From assembly GCA_040757695.1 (NCBI GenBank), contig JBFLWK010000001.1, positions 89,758-153,757 on the forward strand: a stretch of DNA of 64,000 bases, read 5' to 3'. Shown one piece after another: positions 1 to 8,077 of the stretch (position 1 is its first letter; the number at the start of each line of letters is the position of its first letter). Position numbers and translations under genes: made by a program. Under the pieces are notes generated by a model that worked only from the letters and a program-made list of their open reading frames with translations, searched no databases and was not told the origin of the DNA. This DNA comes from Elusimicrobiota bacterium. GTDB lineage: Bacteria; Elusimicrobiota; UBA8919.

Positions 1-347
1 CGAACAAGGAAATAAACTAAAAGGACATTCAGGGTATGGAATAAAAGATTAGTCAAATGATAGCCAAACGGTTTCCATTTCCAGATTCTATAGTCAATGC
101 TTAATGCTAAAGTCCGCATTGGTGCCACAGGGACATATGCATCTACATCGTGAAACTTGCGGTAGTTTTTCCAGTAGGAAGGTGTAAGAAAAAAAAGCGG
201 ATTTTTCAGATGGTTTTGATAATCCTGTTGAGAAATCAGTTCTACAAGCCCTGCATCATCCCACATAAATGGGTTTCTTAATGTATTTGCAAAAGTCAAT
301 ATTGAAACAATCACTAAAAGTAAAACATTGATATAGGTTTTTTGCAT
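1..347 (-). CDS. 5'-partial gene (ATG at 345-347, continues past window start): N-terminus of a TMTC/PMT_2-like GT-C glycosyltransferase, probably with C-terminal TPRs
   Basis: My translation of the minus strand: MQKTYINVLLLVIVSILTFANTLRNPFMWDDAGLVELISQQ...YVPVAPMRTLALSIDYRIWKWKPFGYHLTNLLFHTLNVLLVYFLV. It has an N-terminal TM helix, an FxWDD motif and a PxRPLxxLSxxxDY...GYHLxNxLLH block typical of bacterial TMTC/DUF1736-type GT-C proteins. The start sits 3 nt after the stop of the upstream methyltransferase. It is absent from the ORF track only because the window truncates it. Confidence 0.5.
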   Translation of the reverse strand, partial: MQKTYINVLLLVIVSILTFANTLRNPFMWDDAGLVELISQQDYQNHLKNPLFFLTPSYWKNYRKFHDVDAYVPVAPMRTLALSIDYRIWKWKPFGYHLTNLLFHTLNVLLVYFLV

Positions 348-350
348 TTT

Positions 351-953
351 TTACTTTTCGGCGACAACAAGTTGATAGAATATCGGTCCAAACCTTTCAG
401 TTAATTTTACATAGAATTTATTCTCAACTAACAGTGTTTTCAATTGCTTAAAATTATATCTCCTTAAATGGTCGTTCGGCTTGAACCTTAAAAAAGTAGC
501 TATTTTATCAAGAAACGGGTCAACCGCAGTCAATACAATCAGTCCATTTTTTTTTAACACACGATAACTCTCTGAGAGCACTTTTCGGACATCGGTCACA
601 TGCTCAATTACCGATGCGATAATAACTATATCAAACTCGTTCTCATTAAACGGAAGATTCTCACCGTAACCGGCTAAAAGTTCTATATACGTGTCTTTTT
701 TTGCTAACCGAAGTTCATCCGAGGGCTCTATTCCGACTGCTTTTTTTAACTGTAACTCAGCGTTTAACCTGCTTAACATCTCGCCATCAGCCGCACCAAT
801 ATCAAGCACCTGTAAGCCCGGTTTGTAATTTTTTTTTAGTATTCCTAAAACTTTTTCGGTTCTTTTACGAAGCCGGTATCTGGTAAAAAGATTCTTCTGC
901 CGTTTCCTAAGATAACTTGTCATCGTTAAAAAAGCCTCGCTAACGCTCGGCAA
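351..953 (-). CDS. Class I SAM-dependent methyltransferase (type 11 domain)
   Basis: VLDIGAADGEML is a glycine-rich SAM-binding motif I, followed by the acidic loop IVIIASVIEHV; 200 aa. Confidence 0.7.
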   Translation of the reverse strand: MPSVSEAFLTMTSYLRKRQKNLFTRYRLRKRTEKVLGILKKNYKPGLQVLDIGAADGEMLSRLNAELQLKKAVGIEPSDELRLAKKDTYIELLAGYGENLPFNENEFDIVIIASVIEHVTDVRKVLSESYRVLKKNGLIVLTAVDPFLDKIATFLRFKPNDHLRRYNFKQLKTLLVENKFYVKLTERFGPIFYQLVVAEK

Positions 954-1209
954 CCCGCAGAAACCGCAGAATACCCGCAGATTACGCAGAGATTTTTATC
1001 TCTTTCTGCGGACTCTGCGGCTTTTCTGCGTAATCAGCGGACAATACTACAGCGAACACAGAGATTTATTTCTTTTTCAATTTAAGAAACTGTATTACAA
1101 CCAAACTGTCTAATGAAACCAATCCGCATAGTACTGCTGCATCAAAAGGCGTATTTATCACCTTAACCAAGTGTAAAACCAGAAACAAAATCGTTCCCAT
1201 TAGTTTTTT

Positions 1210-2223
1210 TTACCCTGTTAAATAGCAGGGCAACCCTCCTTTTTTTATTACATTCAGTACTGATTTGATTGTGCCGAACTTAAATGCAAGTAAAAAACTT
1301 AACTCAAGCGAGCCGCAAAAGCCGCAACCACTACAACGAACTTCCGGAAGATTAGCAAATGCATTCTTAAAGCCAACCTTAAGCCAATTTGGCAGTTCTG
1401 TTTTATAGCAGATTCGGTCACAAGGATAGACCGTTCCGTCGGTATCAACAATACAGAAAAGTTTACCAGCAGCACAGTGTAATTTTGGATAATCGGGCCA
1501 GTAAAAGATATGTTTAAGTCCGAGTAGTGAATTCCTCATATATCCGTTTCCTTTTTGTTTTAGTTCAATAAGTTCTGAGAGCGCTTTTTGATATTTACTT
1601 TTTTCGGGATAAAGTGATTCTATATTATCTGTACCGTAACCGAATTTTTTTAACGGCTGGAATGCAACGATAGTCTTATATTTTTTTGCCAAGCCAAGTA
1701 TAAAATCTAGCTGCTCAATATTTTGTTTGGTCAGGGTTGTAGCGATTGTTGTTTTTATACCGTGTTTTATAGCGGTTTCTATCGCTTTAATTGATTGTGT
1801 AAATGCGCCTTTTCTGCCGGATAAAAAATCGTGTGTCTGTTCATCACCGTTTATGCTCACTTTAAGCAGGTCCAGATTTTTAATTTTATGAACTTTAGTT
1901 TCAATCCCAGCACCGCGGGAATTCATCTCAGGCGAGATATCCAACGCCCTGCAATAGTCAATAATTTCACCTATATCACTGCGTAAAAGCGGCTCACCAC
2001 CACTGAAAGAAATTTTTTTTGTTCCGGCAGTTTTCAGTTGTCTGATCAGTTCAAAAACCTGCTCCGTTGTCATCTCTTCAGATTTTGTCTGCCATATATC
2101 ACAATAAAGACATTTGTGGTCGCACCGATTGGTCAGTTGAATCCTAACTGCAACAGGAATCCTTTTCCCTGCTTTTACTTTCAGAATAGAAACAGCAGAA
2201 TTTATTATTGCGTTCAGTTTCAT
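1210..2223 (-). CDS. Radical SAM enzyme with C-terminal SPASM/twitch Cys cluster
   Basis: CDHKCLYCDIW is a CxxxCxxC rSAM motif and SFSGGEPLL a G-rich SAM motif. C-terminal cysteines (CAAGKLFCIVDTDGTVYPCDRIC...CSGCGFCGS) fit a SPASM auxiliary cluster domain. Confidence 0.8.
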   Translation of the reverse strand: MKLNAIINSAVSILKVKAGKRIPVAVRIQLTNRCDHKCLYCDIWQTKSEEMTTEQVFELIRQLKTAGTKKISFSGGEPLLRSDIGEIIDYCRALDISPEMNSRGAGIETKVHKIKNLDLLKVSINGDEQTHDFLSGRKGAFTQSIKAIETAIKHGIKTTIATTLTKQNIEQLDFILGLAKKYKTIVAFQPLKKFGYGTDNIESLYPEKSKYQKALSELIELKQKGNGYMRNSLLGLKHIFYWPDYPKLHCAAGKLFCIVDTDGTVYPCDRICYKTELPNWLKVGFKNAFANLPEVRCSGCGFCGSLELSFLLAFKFGTIKSVLNVIKKGGLPCYLTG

Positions 2224-2318
2224 ACTTTTTTTGACAGGATTAACTGGATTTTGACTTAATCCTGTAAATCCTGTCAGAAATATCTTTTGACTTTATCCTG
2301 TTAATCCTGTCAGGGTCT
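2224..2318. promoter_or_regulatory. Direct-repeat motif ATCCTGT(A/T)AATCCTGTCAG(A/G) ×2 plus a related TTGACAGGATTAA, in the 5' region of the rSAM gene at 1210-2223
   Basis: ttgacaggattaactggattttgacttaatcctgtaaatcctgtcagaaatatcttttgactttatcctgttaatcctgtcagggtc. The same motif is upstream of lysA at ~10258-10282. Confidence 0.5.
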
Positions 2319-4529
2319 CTTTAAAGCAGAAACAGTTTTTAAACTTCTGAACATAACGCCTAAAGTGAACTTTGACTTCCCGAAAATTCTGTCGTGATAG
2401 ATTATTGGAATCTCTTTTATTTTTAACCCGTTTCTGACCGCTTTATAGACCGTTTCTATAAGCACTGATGTGCCTTCAACGGACCGAACTGAATCCATGT
2501 TTATGGATTCAATTGCTCCACGGCTGTAACACCTGAATCCTGATGTGCAATCAAAAATACCGTTAAGTTTAAGTTTATTCCTGACATATAAATTGGCAAG
2601 CCAACTTGCCGATTTTCTTAAAATACTTCTGCCTGTCTCGGCGCCACCTGGGACATATCTTGAGCCGATAACTATATCAAAATAATGTATCCAGTAAAGA
2701 AATTCTGAAATATAGCCAGGGTCATGCGATAAATCCGCATCCATCTCTATGATTGTCTCCGCACCTGTAGATAATGCAGCTGAAAAACCGGCTTTAACCG
2801 CGAGACCTCTTTCATTCCAGTGATTATATTTTTTACTTTTTAGAAGATGTACCTGTGGATATAAAACCGAGAATTGTTGAACTGCTACACCGGTGTCATC
2901 AGTAGAATTATGGTCAACAACATATATCCGAATTGACGGGTACAACACAATAATTTTTTTCAATAAGCCGAGTATATTGTCTCGCTCGTTGAATGCCGGG
3001 ATAACAACAGCGACTTTTGTAACAGGTTCAGTTATTATATTTTTATGTAACTGCTGATGGGCTAATTTTTGGATAAACCTTGAGCCCATAGCAATACTAA
3101 CATCCGTATAAAAATAATGAAAAACCATTCTGATAGCAACTTTTATATATCTTGCCAGTTCACTGAAAGATTTTGTTCGTTGAAGCGTTTGAAAAATATA
3201 GCCGGGTCTGAAATAGAAACTGTAATATGCCCGTTTTAATAGTTTCTCTATTTTTGCTTGATTCATTCTTACCCATGGTGTAGGGATTCGCTGTTCGCCA
3301 AGTTTCATCAAAACAAAATCACGCCAGTAATCAGTGCCTGTATTTTTTACCAGTTGTTTATGAAGTTCGGTAGCGGGTTTCGCAATTGTTCTACAAATCT
3401 GAACATAGTCAAGCGCCAATTTTTTAGCGAATTTTACTGTATCGGTTACCGTATCTTCCGTATCGCCAGGGTTGCCTATCATCAAGAATCCAAGATTTCT
3501 TATGCCGAATTTTTTAGCTGTTTTTATAACAACCGCCGTTCTGTTGTGTGTTATTCCTTTATTCACTTCATTCAGTACCTTTTGCGAACTGGATTCTATA
3601 CCCCAGAAAATCATCCTGCAACCGGATAAAGATGCTTCTTTTAAGATTTCGTCGTCAACAACATCAACTCGCGTTCTGCAACTCCATTGGATATCAAGAT
3701 GCCGGTTTCGTATTTCCTGAAATAGTTTGATAGATTTCTGTTTGTCCACAAAAAAAGTAGCATCAAAAAAGTCAATCTCTCTTACACCATAATCATAATA
3801 ACATTCTTCTATTTCGCGGATAACATTTTCCCAGGTTCTCTCTCGGTAATGGTTTAGTGCAGCGATTGCGCAGAACCTGCATCTATACGGGCAGCCGGTA
3901 GAAGTAAGCATAACGGTAAAATTCTTATTTTGTGAAACAAAAGAATGATAGCGGTCGTTCGGCAGAAGATGTCTTGCCGGGAATGGATAAGTATCAAAAT
4001 TAACCAGTTCTGTATCTGGTGGATTGATATGAACTCCACCATTATTATCGCGCCAGCATAACCCTGGAATATTTTGATACGGTTCTGAATTTTCTAAATT
4101 CCGAATAAACTGCGGTAATGTGCGAACCGCCTCGCCAATCAGCCCGAAATCAATCTCTTTATGCGACATTGTCTCAGTCGGATAAAGTGACATATTTATC
4201 CCGCCGACAAGCACAGGCAATCCCGTTGCGAGTTTCAAATACTGTATCCATTCCAATGTCTCCTGAAAATTGTATGTATCCAGCCGGAATGCAATCAGGT
4301 TGGTGTTAAACATTTTTATTTTTTTCAGGACCTGCTCTTTTGATAACCCGAGTGCATGCGCATCTATTAAGATAACATCATTCCCAGCATGCTCTAAAAT
4401 CGAGGATACATAGGCAAGAATAATCGGCGGTGATAGAGTGAATTCCTCGTCTACAACTTTCAGGTTTTCAGAAAATTTCCTATGATGAAACGGCGGAAAA
4501 ATTAGCGCTACTCGCATAGCAAACACCAT
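2310..4529 (-). CDS. Fusion protein: B12-binding domain + radical SAM core + C-terminal GT2 (DPM1/polyprenyl-phosphate sugar synthase-like) glycosyltransferase
   Basis: N-terminal Rossmann-like B12-binding region (RVALIFPP...LIDAHAL), then rSAM CxxxCxxC (TSTGCPYRCRFCAIA). The C-terminal ~230 aa form a GT-A fold: VAVVIPAFNERDNI...DHNSTDDT...EMDADLSHDP...IVIGSRY. Confidence 0.75.
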   Translation of the reverse strand: MVFAMRVALIFPPFHHRKFSENLKVVDEEFTLSPPIILAYVSSILEHAGNDVILIDAHALGLSKEQVLKKIKMFNTNLIAFRLDTYNFQETLEWIQYLKLATGLPVLVGGINMSLYPTETMSHKEIDFGLIGEAVRTLPQFIRNLENSEPYQNIPGLCWRDNNGGVHINPPDTELVNFDTYPFPARHLLPNDRYHSFVSQNKNFTVMLTSTGCPYRCRFCAIAALNHYRERTWENVIREIEECYYDYGVREIDFFDATFFVDKQKSIKLFQEIRNRHLDIQWSCRTRVDVVDDEILKEASLSGCRMIFWGIESSSQKVLNEVNKGITHNRTAVVIKTAKKFGIRNLGFLMIGNPGDTEDTVTDTVKFAKKLALDYVQICRTIAKPATELHKQLVKNTGTDYWRDFVLMKLGEQRIPTPWVRMNQAKIEKLLKRAYYSFYFRPGYIFQTLQRTKSFSELARYIKVAIRMVFHYFYTDVSIAMGSRFIQKLAHQQLHKNIITEPVTKVAVVIPAFNERDNILGLLKKIIVLYPSIRIYVVDHNSTDDTGVAVQQFSVLYPQVHLLKSKKYNHWNERGLAVKAGFSAALSTGAETIIEMDADLSHDPGYISEFLYWIHYFDIVIGSRYVPGGAETGRSILRKSASWLANLYVRNKLKLNGIFDCTSGFRCYSRGAIESINMDSVRSVEGTSVLIETVYKAVRNGLKIKEIPIIYHDRIFGKSKFTLGVMFRSLKTVSALKRP

Positions 4530-4581
4530 CCTTTTTTATTAAGTTCTTTAATTTAACCACGAAAACACGAAAACACGAAAT

Positions 4582-4630
4582 TTCTACGAAACTTTAGTTT
4601 CGGTTATACCGCCACTAAAGTGGCGTAGAA
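4582..4630. repeat. Double-hairpin intergenic element TTCTACGAAACTTTAGTTTCGGTTATACCGCCACTAAAGTGGCGTAGAA (family copy 1), preceded by (ACGAAAAC)×3
   Basis: Outer stem TTCTACG/CGTAGAA; inner hairpins CGAAAC-TTTA-GTTTCG and GCCAC-TAAA-GTGGC. Confidence 0.7.
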
Positions 4631-4697
4631 AGTAGCCTTACTGATATCAATTCTATCTTTCTGTGATTCTGTACTTCAGTGGTAAATACTTTTATCG

Positions 4698-5774
4698 TTA
4701 TATCATAATGGCTCTGATAATCAATGGTAATAACTGATTGATATTAAAAAACGAATTTATCTGCAGGTTACATTCGTTAGTGCACCAGCATCTGCCGTCG
4801 GCTATGTATTCTCTCGTTTTTTCGGCTGCATCCGAAAACCACAGAGACCTGAAATTGTAATCATAATCCCTTAAATTACCCAATTTCTTATCCAGAGATT
4901 CACAGGGATATACATCTAACGAACTATCTATTACCGTACTTAATCTGCCGGCATAACAATCAATCGGATATTTTTTCGTATTCACAATTTCAGTAACCAA
5001 TTCGCTTATTTTTGTCTTGTATGCTGAATAAAACTCGTAAAAACCGAATCCATTCTTTTTTTCTTTTAACAAATCATTGAGAATCTGAAAATACAATTTC
5101 TGATAATCCGCTATATTTATATCATTAGTCGAGCTATCTGTAAAATTTCTACGGCTAAAGTTTAACCCAACAACATCCGGTGACAAATTATTTTTTATGT
5201 ATGTATAAGTATCGCTGAGTGTGTCTTGATTCAACTTTGAGAATGTTAGTAGGATACCGAGTTTAAAATTTGGATATTTCTGTTTCAATCCTTTCAATAC
5301 AGTAAATGTTTCAATATCTTTATTAAAACTACCGTCAATTGCTCTGATATTATCATGCTTTTCACCAATGCCGTCAATAGATATTTTAACTAAAATTTTT
5401 GTCTTACCTGCAATCTTAAGTATCTTTCGGGTTGAATCAAAAATCTTCTCCGTAAAAAAACCGTTGGTCGGAATAGAAATTCTGGCAACTTTGTTTATGT
5501 TAACAAATAGTCCAGCGATTTCTGACAAATCCTCTCTTAAAAACGGCTCACCACCAGTCAAACTCAAAAAACTGAACCTGCCTAAACTGGGAATTATTCT
5601 TTTTAATTCATCTAAAGTAAACTCCACATTTGCTTTGTTCAAATTCTGTCGGTAGAAACAATGCTGGCAGTTCATATTACATCTGTTTGTGACAAAAAAT
5701 GTTACCTGTTCCGGTAGAACACCATTATGCAAAAATATCTTTTTTGACCATCGTATTTTATCAGAAACAGCCAT
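4698..5774 (-). CDS. Radical SAM enzyme with C-terminal auxiliary Cys cluster (SPASM/twitch-like)
   Basis: NRCNMNCQHCFY is CxxxCxxC; LTGGEPFL; C-terminal Cys motif CYAGRL...YPCESL...DGRCWCTNEC. Confidence 0.75.
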   Translation of the reverse strand: MAVSDKIRWSKKIFLHNGVLPEQVTFFVTNRCNMNCQHCFYRQNLNKANVEFTLDELKRIIPSLGRFSFLSLTGGEPFLREDLSEIAGLFVNINKVARISIPTNGFFTEKIFDSTRKILKIAGKTKILVKISIDGIGEKHDNIRAIDGSFNKDIETFTVLKGLKQKYPNFKLGILLTFSKLNQDTLSDTYTYIKNNLSPDVVGLNFSRRNFTDSSTNDINIADYQKLYFQILNDLLKEKKNGFGFYEFYSAYKTKISELVTEIVNTKKYPIDCYAGRLSTVIDSSLDVYPCESLDKKLGNLRDYDYNFRSLWFSDAAEKTREYIADGRCWCTNECNLQINSFFNINQLLPLIIRAIMI

Positions 5775-5775
5775 A

Positions 5776-6804
5776 TTAGTATCTTTTTTTTATGGGAAAC
5801 ATCAGCAGGGTACTGAAAATCGCCATCTGCGCTATCAGCATCTCAAAATAATATACGAAAAAACAGCCGACAGAAATAAATAATCCTTTTCTTTTCCTGA
5901 TAAGATTCAAAAAATCAAAATTCAGAAAAATAAATAACAGAATCAATGCGATACTCACATAAAGGAAATACTGGCTTTTGGATAACGCCGCACCGGTAAC
6001 ACTAGCGGCAATCAAAAACGACAAAAAAATGCTGATAAATTCGGGCATCATTTTTTCCTTTGGGTTCAGCGAATAAGTTATCTCCACAGAATTTTCTGGT
6101 ATTGCCGTTTTCGGTTTAAAATAATTATTCAACAATAAATTCGTTTTGGCGTATACTTTACGGTAATCAGTTCTTAAAAGTCTGGTAAATGTATACCGTT
6201 TCAAATGTTTCACACGAAGATTTTTATCCAATAGAATCTTATAACCGTTTTTTACCAGCCGCATACCGAGTTCAACATCTTCAACTCCTTCATACTGTGG
6301 ATTAAAACCATTTATCTTTTCAAACACCTTTTTTTTAATTGCAAAACAGTAACTGTTAATTCCGTTAATCTGACTACGGTTTATTTTTTCAATTTTATGG
6401 TATTTGTAATAATTTCTGGTCAATGTGGATACATTGTTATCGGCTGCTTCTTCCGTATAAACCCCCTGTATAACATCGGTTTCCGGGTATTTTTCATATA
6501 TTTCGGCGATTCGGTGCAAACAATTTTTCTGTAACATAACATCGGCGTCAAGAAAAAGTATTACTTCTGCATCAGCATTTTTGGCACCTTCGTTTCTTGA
6601 TACGGATGCACCGGAACGCTTACTTAAATTCATAATTTTACACGGGAAGTCCTTCAATCTGTCCGATAAACCGTCTTCCGAACAATCATTAACAACCGTC
6701 ACATCGTATTCTGGATAATTCTGGACATAAATTGCACTTAAACACTGCTTAATGGCATCGCCAGCATTGTGCACAGGCACAACAATAGAAATCTTTTTAA
6801 CCAT
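5776..6804 (-). CDS. Family 2 glycosyltransferase with C-terminal transmembrane helices
   Basis: ISIVVPVHNAGDAI...VVNDCSEDG...FLDADV is a GT-A DxD-type fold; two hydrophobic helices at the C-terminus. Confidence 0.7.
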   Translation of the reverse strand: MVKKISIVVPVHNAGDAIKQCLSAIYVQNYPEYDVTVVNDCSEDGLSDRLKDFPCKIMNLSKRSGASVSRNEGAKNADAEVILFLDADVMLQKNCLHRIAEIYEKYPETDVIQGVYTEEAADNNVSTLTRNYYKYHKIEKINRSQINGINSYCFAIKKKVFEKINGFNPQYEGVEDVELGMRLVKNGYKILLDKNLRVKHLKRYTFTRLLRTDYRKVYAKTNLLLNNYFKPKTAIPENSVEITYSLNPKEKMMPEFISIFLSFLIAASVTGAALSKSQYFLYVSIALILLFIFLNFDFLNLIRKRKGLFISVGCFFVYYFEMLIAQMAIFSTLLMFPIKKRY

Positions 6805-6899
6805 AATAACTTATAACCCATCACTCACATATTGAGATTTTTTATTCATTGTAAGTAATCGGTTATTAGTTATCACATTAACTGCCGGGTGTTCGGGTA

Positions 6900-7514
6900 T
6901 TAAAGCCGAAGGTTGTGGAAACGGTAGTAAAGGCAAGGTGATAAGGTGATAAGGTGATAAGGTGATAAGTAAAAACAAGGAAGTAAAACAACAAAACCTA
7001 AAAGAAGCAAGAATAGTTTTTCAAAAAATTTCTTTAAAACCGTAAATATAACTGCTAAATCTGCAATCTGCAATCTGCAATCTGCAATCTTCAAATAGTG
7101 TTTAGCCACTGTGAATAACTTCTGGAGCAAATTCACAACCAGGATTTGTGAATGAACCGGTGTATTGAATGTCAGTGTGATGAGTGAACTCAAAAAAAGC
7201 GTCCGAAGTCCGAGGCCGGGGATTCGAGACCTGTCATTCTGAGCCGAAGGCGAAGAATCTTGTGTGTTAACACCAGGATTCTTCACTTCGCTGACGCTCC
7301 GTTCAGAATGACAACCTTCTACTCGCAACTCGCTACTCGCTACTTGCTGGTTTTGGGTATCTCTTTCATCCAGACCGCTGTCCCAATTCTTGATTGCCTG
7401 TTTTACTTCATTAGGGCAATTGGGATTGATAGTATTTGCAAAACAAAAAGCACTCGCTAACCCTATTAAGAAAGCGGCAGAAACTATAATAATAATAATT
7501 TCTCGTTTTGACAT
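6900..7514 (-). CDS. Hypothetical small secreted/membrane protein. Only the N-terminal ~60-100 aa look genuine; the 3' part of the ORF runs through SSRs and an inverted-repeat element.
   Basis: N-terminus MSKREIIIIIVSAAFLIGLASAFCFANTINPNCPNEV looks like a signal/TM segment followed by a Cys-containing mature region. The downstream part of the ORF spans the palindromic element at ~7232-7313 and (aatctgc)n / (ggtgataa)n repeats, so the true stop is doubtful. Confidence 0.25.
   Translation of the reverse strand: MSKREIIIIIVSAAFLIGLASAFCFANTINPNCPNEVKQAIKNWDSGLDERDTQNQQVASSELRVEGCHSERSVSEVKNPGVNTQDSSPSAQNDRSRIPGLGLRTLFLSSLITLTFNTPVHSQILVVNLLQKLFTVAKHYLKIADCRLQIADLAVIFTVLKKFFEKLFLLLLGFVVLLPCFYLSPYHLITLSPCLYYRFHNLRL
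7057..7093. repeat. 5× AATCTGC heptanucleotide repeat, with 3× GGTGATAA octamer repeat at 6948-6971, in the 5' region ~150-290 nt upstream of the GT2 gene at 5776-6804
   Basis: ctgcaatctgcaatctgcaatctgcaatct; ggtgataaggtgataaggtgataagg. Confidence 0.8.
7232..7313. repeat. Large imperfect inverted repeat: TGTCATTCTGAGCCGAAGGCGAAGAATC ... GATTCTTCACTTCGCTGACGCTCCGTTCAGAATGACA
   Basis: The two arms share the termini TGTCATTCTGA and GAAGAATC in opposite orientation. A related element is at 40419-40495. Confidence 0.6.
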
Positions 7515-8036
7515 TTTTTGTTCAATCCTTTTTTTTCGGCAGTCAAGCCTCCAAAAATAGCAAATAGCTTCTGGCTTATAGCATATAGTTTTTATAGAAC
7601 TATTCTGCGAAACTTTACCCCGTATCTAATACGGGGCGATGCTAAAGCCTCGTAGAATAAAACCTTACCGAAATTGCAAACTGTTACAGAACCACATTTG
7701 CTATTTTCGTTTAACTATACTTACATCGGCTCGGTACTATGGTACTATAATTATAAAGAATTTTTTGAATTTTGTCAATTACTTTTTTTGTAGTTTCTGT
7801 AGTCAAAAAGAAAACAAGATAACACAGTCTGAAGCCTGCGGCTACCAACCAACAAGGTAGCCGCTCCGATAAATCGGAGCCGCAAAGGACGGTAGAAAGC
7901 TTTTAATTGAAATTTCTGGGTTAAAAAGAAGTGTAAGCACGAAACAAGCGAGCAACCACGAGCAGCAGTGTGTCTCCCGATATTCATCGGGTTCGCAATG
8001 ATACAGGAAATAGATGTCAACCAATTTTGTGGATAT

Positions 8037-8066
8037 CAAAAATGTAAGCATTTGCTTACATTTTTA
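8037..8066. repeat. Perfect palindrome AATGTAAGCATTTGCTTACATT (copy 1 of 3), immediately downstream of the dapF stop
   Basis: Identical 22-mer at ~8041-8062, ~8869-8890 and ~31695-31716; flanked here by A/T runs. Confidence 0.8.
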
Positions 8067-8077
8067 TTATTCTCTTT

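Noticed and set aside
7560-8077. Possible structured ncRNA (SRP/tmRNA/riboswitch) in the 500-nt spacer downstream of dapF, which has several hairpins (ccccgtatctaatacgggg; gcggctacc...ggtagccgc; ctccgataaatcggag; cccgatattcatcggg)
   Set aside because: I could not match it to any RNA family consensus I know (no tRNA cloverleaf, no SRP domain IV GNRA helix, no L-box). It is left unannotated; it may just be terminator hairpins.
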